A stretch of DNA of 33,734 nt from Novosphingobium sp. Lineage in GTDB: Bacteria; Pseudomonadota; Alphaproteobacteria; Sphingomonadales; Sphingomonadaceae. The notes under the pieces are model-generated. The model made no database searches. It worked only from the letters and a program-made list of their open reading frames with translations, and had not been told where the DNA came from. The stretch covers positions 1 to 33,734 of the forward strand of contig JANLSP010000021.1 in assembly GCA_031362485.1 (NCBI GenBank). Direction: 5' to 3'. A program made the position numbers and the translations under genes. Positions 8,118 through 16,013 of this stretch are shown piece after piece (within the stretch, counting starts at the first letter, position 1; the number at the start of each line of letters is the position of its first letter).

Positions 8118-10388
8118 ATGAAACGCACATTTCTGATGGCCACGGTGGCGCTGGCCGCAACCATGTTTGGCAGCGGGGCGATGGCCCAGAGTTCGCCGCC
8201 ACCCAGCACGGCCGACAGCGGCGGCATGGAGGATATCGTTGTCACCGCACAGCGCCGCGAGCAGAACCTGCAAAACGTGCCAATCGCAGTGTCGGCCTTT
8301 AACGCGACCGAACTCAATCGCCGCCAGATCATCGATACCTATGATATCCTGCGCAACATCCCAAACATGGCCGGCAACCAGAATGTCGGCGTTGGCACCT
8401 CGTCCAGCTACTTCTTGCGTGCGGTCGGCAACGGTGAATCCATCGCCACCTTCGACGTGCCGGTCGGCACCTATGTTGACGATGTCTTCGTCGCTCGCCA
8501 GAACGCCAACAACTTCGCGTTGTTCGATGTCGAGCGCATCGAAGTTCTGCGCGGGCCCCAGGGCACTTTGTTCGGCCGCAACACGACCGGCGGCGCCATC
8601 AACATCGTCATGCGCAAGCCCGGGGACGTCTTAAAGGGCTATGTCGAGGGCGGCTACGGCAAGTTCAACCAGACCATCCTGCGCGCCTCCATCGACCTGC
8701 CGGTCTCCGACAAGGTCCTCACCAAATTCTCCACTTTCTGGATCCGCGACGACGGCTATGCCACCCAGGCCTCGACGGGGCGGAAGTTCAACAGCCGCGA
8801 TACCTTCGGCATTCGCGGAATGCTCCGCCTGCGGCCCACCGACACGTTGACCGTCGACATCACCGCGGACCATGTCGACGATCAGAACACCAACTTCCTC
8901 AACAGCATTGGTCCGAACGGCAACCGCATCGTCGACAACAACATCACCCAAGGGTCCTTCTCCGGCCTCGTTACGGGGCGCAAGGCAGATTTCCCGCTCG
9001 ATAACGTCGCCCGATCCACCGCACTCACCGGCACCATTGGGCTCGATCTCGGTGCCGCCGTGCTGACCTCGATCACTGGCTACCGCAAGATCGATCAGGA
9101 GTTTATCATCGATAGCGGCGGCTTCCTCCCCCGCCCCACCCGGACCACCGGCTTCAACCCGATCCTCAATGATAGCGATCACGAGCAGTTCACTCAGGAA
9201 CTGAAGTTGAACGGGGACGCAGGCAACCTCAACTACGTGCTCGGCGCTTTCTACATGAAGGAGGAAAATGTCACCGACTTCGCCCAGCTCGCCACCAATA
9301 CCGCGACGCTGGTGCAGACAGTCACCGCCGACCGTACGCTCCTCAACGATACCAAGACCTGGGCCATCTACGGTCAGGGCGATTATCGCCTCGCCGAGCG
9401 GCTCGTGCTTACCGCCGGTCTGCGCTACACCTATGAAAAGCGCACCATCGGCGTCTTCACCAATCCCGGTGCACGCGGCGTGCAGCTCTCCACCGCCGGA
9501 ATCATCGCTGCTGGACAGCCCGTCGAGCAGGTCTACAAGGCGTGGACTCCGCGCTTTGCACTGAGCTACGAGGCCACCGATGACGTGATGCTGTTCGTGT
9601 CCGCCACCCGCGGCTTCAAGTCCGGCGGCTGGCCTGGCCGCGCCACCAGCAATGCCGCGTTCATCCCTTTCCAGCCGGAAACCGTCTGGTCCTTTGAAGG
9701 CGGCCTTCGCGCCGATCTCTTTGACAAGACACTGCGGTTCAATGCCACCGGTTTCTATGCCACCACCTTCGATGTGCAGATCCCGGCGCAGGCGCTCGTC
9801 AACAATGTGCCCGTCTCCACCACCACCAACCCGGCCGATCTGCGCAACTATGGCCTTGAAATCGAAGCCACCTGGCTTCCAGTCGAGGGCTTGAACATCT
9901 CGGGCTCGCTCGGCATTCAGCGCGCGCGCTTCATCAATCCGAGTGCGCTCGTTATCGCCCAGCAGGACCGCTGCCGGGCCGGCAGCACCGTGGCACCGGC
10001 GTGCAACGCCAACTTCGTCGACAATCTCGGCGAACTGGCCCGTCCCGTGCGCGCGCCAGCCGTCACCGGGAACCTGATCGTCAGCTATGATGCCAAGATC
10101 AGCGGCCTTGGCACGCTCACCCCGACGGCCAACCTCAACTATACCGGTCCCTATGCGGTCGCGACGGCCGGCAGCCCCAACCAGCCGGCGGCAAGTGGCA
10201 CCTGGCAACCCTCGCAGACCTATATCAACGCCTCGCTGGCGCTGCGTCCGCAGGGTATGGATAATCTCACCCTCACCGTCGAATGCCAGAATTGCTTCAA
10301 CAAGAACTACATCCTCACAAACCTTGTCGGCGCCAACTTCTATGATGTGCCCGGCTCCTGGCTGGTCCGCGCCCGCTTCGAGTTCTGA
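8118..10388 (+). CDS. TonB-dependent receptor
   Basis: Signal peptide MKRTFLM...AMA, TonB-box-like EDIVVTAQRR, plug motif ERIEVLRGPQGTLFGRNTTGGAIN, C-terminal Phe. AGGAG RBS before ATG 8118. Confidence 0.95.
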   Translation: MKRTFLMATVALAATMFGSGAMAQSSPPPSTADSGGMEDIVVTAQRREQNLQNVPIAVSAFNATELNRRQIIDTYDILRNIPNMAGNQNVGVGTSSSYFLRAVGNGESIATFDVPVGTYVDDVFVARQNANNFALFDVERIEVLRGPQGTLFGRNTTGGAINIVMRKPGDVLKGYVEGGYGKFNQTILRASIDLPVSDKVLTKFSTFWIRDDGYATQASTGRKFNSRDTFGIRGMLRLRPTDTLTVDITADHVDDQNTNFLNSIGPNGNRIVDNNITQGSFSGLVTGRKADFPLDNVARSTALTGTIGLDLGAAVLTSITGYRKIDQEFIIDSGGFLPRPTRTTGFNPILNDSDHEQFTQELKLNGDAGNLNYVLGAFYMKEENVTDFAQLATNTATLVQTVTADRTLLNDTKTWAIYGQGDYRLAERLVLTAGLRYTYEKRTIGVFTNPGARGVQLSTAGIIAAGQPVEQVYKAWTPRFALSYEATDDVMLFVSATRGFKSGGWPGRATSNAAFIPFQPETVWSFEGGLRADLFDKTLRFNATGFYATTFDVQIPAQALVNNVPVSTTTNPADLRNYGLEIEATWLPVEGLNISGSLGIQRARFINPSALVIAQQDRCRAGSTVAPACNANFVDNLGELARPVRAPAVTGNLIVSYDAKISGLGTLTPTANLNYTGPYAVATAGSPNQPAASGTWQPSQTYINASLALRPQGMDNLTLTVECQNCFNKNYILTNLVGANFYDVPGSWLVRARFEF

Positions 10389-10408
10389 GCTCAGCCGACA
10401 CTTCGACT

Positions 10409-10445
10409 AAAAAGGCCTCCGGCATCGCATGCCGGGGGCCTTTTT
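10409..10445. terminator. Bidirectional rho-independent terminator
   Basis: AAAAA-GGCCTCCGGCAT-CGC-ATGCCGGGGGCC-TTTTT lies between the convergent TBDR and bicupin genes. Confidence 0.88.
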
Positions 10446-10469
10446 CATGTCCGCGACTGCCAGATGGCG

Positions 10470-11288
10470 TTACCAGCGCGCGCCCGTCTCGATATCGCCG
10501 GCATAGGCTTTCAGAGCGTCAGGCAGCGCCGGGTCATAGGGCCGGCCCCAGGCAAAGCCTTTTTCGCCGTCGACATAGTCGGTCACCAAATTGCCGCCCT
10601 TGGTCCGGAAGAAATACAAATTTCCCGTCATCGTGCCATAGGGGCCATGGGGAATATTTGGCGGCCGCCAGAAATAGGCGCCTGGCTTCATCACTCCGCG
10701 GTTGCCATGGCTTTCGCCCGCCAGCAAAAACATTTCCTCCACCACCGGATGCAACTCGGCTCGCTCAGCCCAGCGCATCGGCAAGGTTCCCAAAATCCAG
10801 CTCGTATCGCCGGTGTAAGGGTCCACAAACAGCAGCTTGCGCCCCGCGCCCGCCGGAAACTCCGGATGGAATTTGCCGGTATAAGTCACCGCAAATCCAT
10901 CGACATGGCGCACCAGCCGCGCCTCGTCTACCGGCCCCGCCGGCCCTGCGGCGGGCGCAGCCGAGAAAAAGCCCAGCACCACGGCACCGCCCGCAGACGC
11001 CCGCACCCCGGCAAGATGTCCGGCGGGCCAATGGGCATAGCCAAACGGACCATAAGACTGGTCACCGATCTCCAGCGCACCCTCCAGCACCAGAAATTCC
11101 TCGTCACAGACCATCGCGCCCGCCGGCAAAGACCAGCCGGCCGGAATGCGCAACAACAGGCTCAGCGCGCCGCTCTCATCATCATGGCTCAGCACCTTGG
11201 TCTGGATGCCGGGCCACGTGCCGTTCAGATCATCCGCCCGCCACGGCAGCCGCTGCGCCTGTATAAACTCGATCCACGGTCGACTCAT
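10470..11288 (-). CDS. Bicupin protein (DUF4437/ChrR-like cupin)
   Basis: True start MSRPWIEFIQ at 11288 (ATGA overlap with upstream gene). Two cupin repeats: EEFLVLEG...YAHWPAG and ELHPVVEEMFLLAG...YFWRPPNIPHGP. Confidence 0.78.
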   Translation of the reverse strand: MSRPWIEFIQAQRLPWRADDLNGTWPGIQTKVLSHDDESGALSLLLRIPAGWSLPAGAMVCDEEFLVLEGALEIGDQSYGPFGYAHWPAGHLAGVRASAGGAVVLGFFSAAPAAGPAGPVDEARLVRHVDGFAVTYTGKFHPEFPAGAGRKLLFVDPYTGDTSWILGTLPMRWAERAELHPVVEEMFLLAGESHGNRGVMKPGAYFWRPPNIPHGPYGTMTGNLYFFRTKGGNLVTDYVDGEKGFAWGRPYDPALPDALKAYAGDIETGARW

Positions 11289-11563
11289 CGCCTTGCTCCT
11301 TCGTTCCGCAACGGGATGCGCGGGTCGGGGTCCTCGGTGATTATCCGCAGCATCCCATCCATCGCCGTGTCCAGCGCCGCGCCGATATCCGGCTGCGCCG
11401 CCGCGCCCGCCGCCTCGATCGCCGCGGGGCTGACTAAACCGGCCGCCACCAGCGCGGCCTCCAACGCCATCCGCTGCGCCCGTTCGGCGTGCAACTGCGA
11501 GGCCAGTTCGAAAATAAGCCCCGCGATACGCTCGGGATCTGGCATGCCGAAGTTCTCGCTCAT
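11285..11563 (-). CDS. Small alpha-helical hypothetical protein B (92 aa)
   Basis: ATGA overlaps at both ends (with methyltransferase B and the bicupin); similar to 7778-8116. Confidence 0.78.
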   Translation of the reverse strand: MSENFGMPDPERIAGLIFELASQLHAERAQRMALEAALVAAGLVSPAAIEAAGAAAQPDIGAALDTAMDGMLRIITEDPDPRIPLRNEGARR

Positions 11564-12582
11564 GCTGCCCGCTCCGCGTTGAGAACCGCCCCCGGAAGCT
11601 CAGCTTCCAGGACGGCCCAAGGAAAATGCCATTCCGGTCGCTCCGGCCATTCCAGCCCTTCGAGCAGCCCGGCCCCGCGCTCGTCAAACGCCCGCCAGCG
11701 CGGCGAGAGAAACCCCGCCGCCTGCGCCAGCGCCGCCTGGTCCTGCGCCAGCATCGGCGGCAGAAACGGTTCGTTGTTGCGGTCGCCATGCTCGTCGATC
11801 ATCCGGTCGCGCAGTCGATCACCGCGATGCTGAAAATCAAGGAAGCGCAGGCTGCCCCCCGGCGCCAACAGCCGCGCCGCCTCCCGATAGAGCGCCGCCA
11901 GCGCGTCTGCCGGCATTTCATGGATCAGCATGGTCGAGGTCACCAGATCGGCACAACCGTCAGGCAGGCCGGTGGCGCAGGCATCGGCGGCCACAAAGCG
12001 CACATCCAGCCCGCGCTCGGCACAGCGTTGCCGCGCCAGATCGAGGCAAGGCGTGGACAGGTCCACCCCGATTACCTCGGCCTCCGGAAACGCCTGCTTC
12101 AACGGCCAGGCCGATTTACCAAAGCCGCACCCCAGATCGACAATGCAGCGCCAGTCACGCTTCGGCATCGCCGTCTCGGCAAACAGCCGGTGGAAGCGGT
12201 AGTCATCATTTTCCCCGAGCATCACCAGCCGCGCGCCCAGTTCATACACCCGCGCCGCTTTATCGCTGGACCAGACGCCGCCAGGCTGCAGATGGATGTC
12301 CCAGTCGGTATACCAGCCCGGTAACGTCTCTTCGGAAGCCGGCGCAGCCTCGCCTCCCACAGCGTCGCCAACCGCGCGCCACAGCATCTTCTGGCTTCCC
12401 CGCTCAATCCAAGCGAACCACGGCCATGCCGGCGTCGCATGCAAGGCCTCCACAAAGCCGTCGTCATCGGTATCCAGCGCTCCGGCCTGTTCGGCCAGCA
12501 CTGGAAACAGCCGATCAGACCATCGCCGCCTCAGCGTCAGCACAAAATCCAGCGCAGCCTGCCGCGCGATTGTCCCGCTCAT
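11560..12582 (-). CDS. Class I SAM-dependent methyltransferase B
   Basis: IVDLGCGFG, VIGVDLS, ADLVTSTMLIHE, LAPGG; DIHLQPGG shared with methyltransferase A. Confidence 0.85.
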   Translation of the reverse strand: MSGTIARQAALDFVLTLRRRWSDRLFPVLAEQAGALDTDDDGFVEALHATPAWPWFAWIERGSQKMLWRAVGDAVGGEAAPASEETLPGWYTDWDIHLQPGGVWSSDKAARVYELGARLVMLGENDDYRFHRLFAETAMPKRDWRCIVDLGCGFGKSAWPLKQAFPEAEVIGVDLSTPCLDLARQRCAERGLDVRFVAADACATGLPDGCADLVTSTMLIHEMPADALAALYREAARLLAPGGSLRFLDFQHRGDRLRDRMIDEHGDRNNEPFLPPMLAQDQAALAQAAGFLSPRWRAFDERGAGLLEGLEWPERPEWHFPWAVLEAELPGAVLNAERAA

Positions 12583-13427
12583 CCATCCGCCTCCAACAGT
12601 TCAATCCGCTCACCCGCCGCTCCCATCAGGAGCCGCTCGCCCCCCGGCATCGCCGAGCAGGCGAAGCTTACCATCGCCATCCCGGCCGGAAGTTCGCCAA
12701 GGCGCTCCGGACGCGGGCCGGTACACTCCGGATAACCATCCAGCTCGATCATTGTGCCCTCCGCCAGCCGGATAAGTCCATGCGGGTGCAGCGTGTCGGC
12801 CGGCAGGCCATTGGCGGCTGAAATAACCTGCACTGGTGTCGCCACCGGCGGATCGATTTCATTGCGAAAACCGGCATATGCCGCAAACATCGCCGCCAGA
12901 TCACCGCCGCCCGCCACCACGATGAACACGCGGCCCACCGGGGATAGGGCCGGCGCCAGATCAAGCCCGCTGCCGCGCCCCACTTCGGTAAAATACAGGC
13001 ATTCGCCAAACGGTCCGATCACCTGCATCGCGCGGATCATCGGAAACCGCGTCAGCCCCTTGGGCGGGCCGATGATGGTGAAGGCCGGGTCCGCCTCCAG
13101 CCGTACCGCCAGCGCCTCGACATCCTGCACTACAATCTCGGTGGCGTTCCAGCCATAGCTGGTCAGCGCCGGCACCGAGGCCACGTTCGGGGTGGCCACA
13201 AAGCGCAACACCACCGGCTCGCCGCTCATCGGCCCCAAGGTCTGCATCCGCTCACCGGCCAGCGCCGGGGCTCGCCAAGAATGCGCCATGTCCCCATCGA
13301 TCAGGCATTCGTCCAGCAGCCGGTAGCCCAGCGCCCGCTGATAGGCCTGCGTTGCCGCCTCGATGTCCGGCACCGCATAGGTTACCGCACGGATGGCACC
13401 AAGCAGCGGCTTCGACAGGTCAATCAT
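12579..13427 (-). CDS. VOC/glyoxalase-superfamily protein (two-domain)
   Basis: VTYAVPDIEAA..AY..ALGY, EIVVQDVEAL, GPFGECLYF and GAAGERIEL patterns typical of the VOC fold. Confidence 0.7.
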   Translation of the reverse strand: MIDLSKPLLGAIRAVTYAVPDIEAATQAYQRALGYRLLDECLIDGDMAHSWRAPALAGERMQTLGPMSGEPVVLRFVATPNVASVPALTSYGWNATEIVVQDVEALAVRLEADPAFTIIGPPKGLTRFPMIRAMQVIGPFGECLYFTEVGRGSGLDLAPALSPVGRVFIVVAGGGDLAAMFAAYAGFRNEIDPPVATPVQVISAANGLPADTLHPHGLIRLAEGTMIELDGYPECTGPRPERLGELPAGMAMVSFACSAMPGGERLLMGAAGERIELLEADG

Positions 13428-13574
13428 GCTTCAGACGTTCTAGACCCCACGACCGCGAAGGCAAAGTGATCCTTCATCAAATCCTGCATATTCCGCTCAA
13501 GCATTGAGCCAGCTTCAGATCCGCATTAGGTCCAGCGCTTCGTGACGGCATCGCCGCGATCAGGAGGCGCAGAC

Positions 13575-14372
13575 ATGGCAGACGGTCAAGGCTGGCGCGC
13601 CTATGTGGGCAGCCTGTGGGGGCAGGTGCATCTGCGCGCTTCGGGTCAAGGCGCGCCGCTGCTGCAGGTGCATCAAAGCCCCTGGTCTTCCATGCAATAT
13701 CACGCGGTGCTGCCGCGCCTCGCAAAGCTCGGCTATACCGTCTATGCGCCCGATTCCCCTGGCTACGGTATGTCCGATCCGGCCCCGGACGATGTCAGCA
13801 TTGCAGATCATGCCGATAATCTCGCCGCCGTGATTACCGCACTCGGGCTGGAGCGAGTGACCATAGTCGGCCATCACACCGGCGCGCTCATCGTCGCGTC
13901 GCTGGGCGCCCGGCATCCCCATTATGTCACTGGCATCGTGCTGGACAATTGCCCCTTTTATACACCGGCCGAGCGCGCCGTCCGACTTGGCGGCCCGAAC
14001 GGCGCCATGGCGCTGCGACCCGATGGCAGCCATTTCACCGAGCGCTGGGCGCTGATGCGCCGCGTCGCCGATCGGGACATGACCGACGCCTCGATCCATC
14101 TTGCAGTCATCGCCTGGTGCGAGGCCGGCCGCGACACCGGCCACCAGGCAGCCTTCCGCCATGATGTTGAGCCCGATCTCGCCGCAATCACCGCGCCGGT
14201 GCTGCTTCTCGCGAGCCAGACCGATCCGATCTCCAGCAATTCCGACCGGATTCACGCCCTGCGCCCGGATTTTGCCCGCGCCAGCCTCCCTGGCGGCACC
14301 GCCAGTGTGCTTGAAAACCCGGATGGCTGGGTCGCCGCCATGCAGCCTTTCCTCAAGCGCGTCTCAAAGTAA
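13575..14372 (+). CDS. Alpha/beta-hydrolase fold protein with atypical active site (GHHTG)
   Basis: GQVHLR..G.G.PLL.VHQSP, APDSPGYGMSD, IVGHHTGA, ITAPVLLL...D; AGGAGG RBS before ATG 13575. Confidence 0.85.
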   Translation: MADGQGWRAYVGSLWGQVHLRASGQGAPLLQVHQSPWSSMQYHAVLPRLAKLGYTVYAPDSPGYGMSDPAPDDVSIADHADNLAAVITALGLERVTIVGHHTGALIVASLGARHPHYVTGIVLDNCPFYTPAERAVRLGGPNGAMALRPDGSHFTERWALMRRVADRDMTDASIHLAVIAWCEAGRDTGHQAAFRHDVEPDLAAITAPVLLLASQTDPISSNSDRIHALRPDFARASLPGGTASVLENPDGWVAAMQPFLKRVSK

Positions 14373-14472
14373 CCGGTGGCGGAGCAATCTGCTTTTCAGT
14401 GCACCGGTCTCTCAGCAGGCCAGCGAAACGATCGCAATGACAGCTCCCTTGCCCGCCGCGCGGTCGCCTCAT

Positions 14473-15942
14473 CTATTTTACCGCTGGAACCAGCCGCATC
14501 AGTTCGCCATTGTCGGTGATGAAATAGATGAAGCCGTCCGGGCCCGTGGCAATGTCGCGGATGCGATCGACATTGTGGAGCACGGTCTCGACGAGCGTCG
14601 CCCGGTCGCCGTCAACCGTCACGCGAAACAGGTCGCGCTGCTTGAACGTTCCGACAAAGAAGCTGCCCCGCCAGCGCGGGAAGGCTGCGCCGTCATACCA
14701 TTCGATATCAGACACGGCCGGCGAGGGAACCCAGCTGACGACCGGCTGCTCCATGCCATCGCCTTCCGTGTTTGAAGCCACCGGCTGGGCATCATAGCGA
14801 TGCCCCCAGGTGATCACCGGCCAGCCGTAATTGCGTCCCTTGCGAACATGATTGAGTTCGTCACCGCCGCGCGGTCCGTTTTCAACGGACCACAGTTCGC
14901 CGGCCTTGTCGAAAGTGAGGCCTGAGGGCTCGCGGTGGCCGTAGCTCCATACGAATGGATAGGCCCCGGGCGCGGCGACAAAGGGATTGTCCGGCGGAAC
15001 ACCGCCGTCGTCGCGGATCCGCAAGATCTTGCCGTCGGGACGCGCCAGATCCTGAGAAGGTTCGCCCGCGCCTGCCCCTGAATAGTCTATGTCCGAATAG
15101 GGGGTGCCGACATAGAGCAAGCCACGCGCGTCGAATTTCATCCGCAGTGAATCAGTCGTTAGGATAGGGAATTCGATGACGGTGCCACCATCGACCCAGC
15201 GGTTCTCGCGGATGCGGCCGCGGTGGATTGTCGCAATCAGCGGCAAACCGGCGGGCGCTGGCCCGCTCGCCGTGCGCGCGGTGAGAAGATATATCCAGCC
15301 ATTGCGCGCATAGTCGGGGTGAACAGCGATACTCAGGTTTGCGCGGCGAAACCATTGCTTCATGCCGGTGGTGTCACCGCTTGGAGCGCCAGCGACCGGA
15401 TCGGCCAGGAGCCTGCCGCCGACAAACTGGCGAACCGCTCCTCCGGTCTCGGAGATCAGGATGGAGCCGTCCGGCAGAAAGTCCAGAGCATAGGGGGCGG
15501 CCGCGGTGGCAAGGACCTCGACCCGAAAATTTTCCAATGCGCTGCGAACGACACCTGTTGGCGCGCCCTGGGGCCGGTTCTGCGCGGCGCGAAGCCGCTC
15601 CTCCGGAGTCAATTTCGTCGCCCTGTCCTTCAGGAAGGCAATGATGTCGTTGATGTCCTGGTCGGACAGTTCGTGACCGCCCATTGGCAGCATCTGCGGC
15701 GGGAACCCAAGCCGAATGCTCCTGGCGAGGCTGGCGGGGTCCCCGCCATGCCTCCAGTCCGGGCCGAGCAGCGCGGGACTTGTCGCACCCATCGCCCCTT
15801 TGCCATGGCAGCCCTGACAACTGCTCGCGGCAAAGAGCGCGGCACCTCGTCCGGGATCGCCCGCAGGATCAGCCCCGGGAGCGGCGCCAATCAGATAGCA
15901 GCCGGACATTGCTGCAAGGCAGGCGGCAGCCAGTTGTCGCAT
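14473..15942 (-). CDS. Cytochrome c domain fused to a GSDH/YliI-type (PQQ-dependent sugar dehydrogenase family) beta-propeller
   Basis: Signal peptide; CQGCH heme motif with distal Met (MLPM); GKILRI..DG.VP.DNPF, WSYGHR, ENGPRGGDELN, NYGWP, RIRDI..GPDG.IY. Confidence 0.85.
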   Translation of the reverse strand: MRQLAAACLAAMSGCYLIGAAPGADPAGDPGRGAALFAASSCQGCHGKGAMGATSPALLGPDWRHGGDPASLARSIRLGFPPQMLPMGGHELSDQDINDIIAFLKDRATKLTPEERLRAAQNRPQGAPTGVVRSALENFRVEVLATAAAPYALDFLPDGSILISETGGAVRQFVGGRLLADPVAGAPSGDTTGMKQWFRRANLSIAVHPDYARNGWIYLLTARTASGPAPAGLPLIATIHRGRIRENRWVDGGTVIEFPILTTDSLRMKFDARGLLYVGTPYSDIDYSGAGAGEPSQDLARPDGKILRIRDDGGVPPDNPFVAAPGAYPFVWSYGHREPSGLTFDKAGELWSVENGPRGGDELNHVRKGRNYGWPVITWGHRYDAQPVASNTEGDGMEQPVVSWVPSPAVSDIEWYDGAAFPRWRGSFFVGTFKQRDLFRVTVDGDRATLVETVLHNVDRIRDIATGPDGFIYFITDNGELMRLVPAVK

Positions 15943-16013
15943 AGATCACACTCCCATTTCACCGCTGCAGCGGGATACCTCGCGGGCAAGCATTGGGGAA
16001 GGAGCGGGCGACA

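Noticed and set aside
8631-10208. 525-aa antisense ORF inside the TBDR, and similar long shadow ORFs (2771-3700, 5029-6180, 10464-11582, 15223-16224, 21090-22052, 32226-33338)
   Set aside because: They fully overlap well-supported genes on the opposite strand, carry no recognisable motifs, and are expected from codon bias in high-GC DNA.
10470-11789. 439-aa version of the cupin ORF with an Arg-rich N-terminus
   Set aside because: The extension overlaps small protein B and methyltransferase B in other frames; the ATGA-coupled start at 11288 is far more plausible.
5128-12582. Methyltransferases as restriction-modification or defence DNA methylases, or part of a RiPP/NRPS cluster
   Set aside because: No DPPY/NPPY or PC motifs, nuclease, precursor peptide or assembly-line enzyme; the importer context favours small-molecule uptake and conversion.
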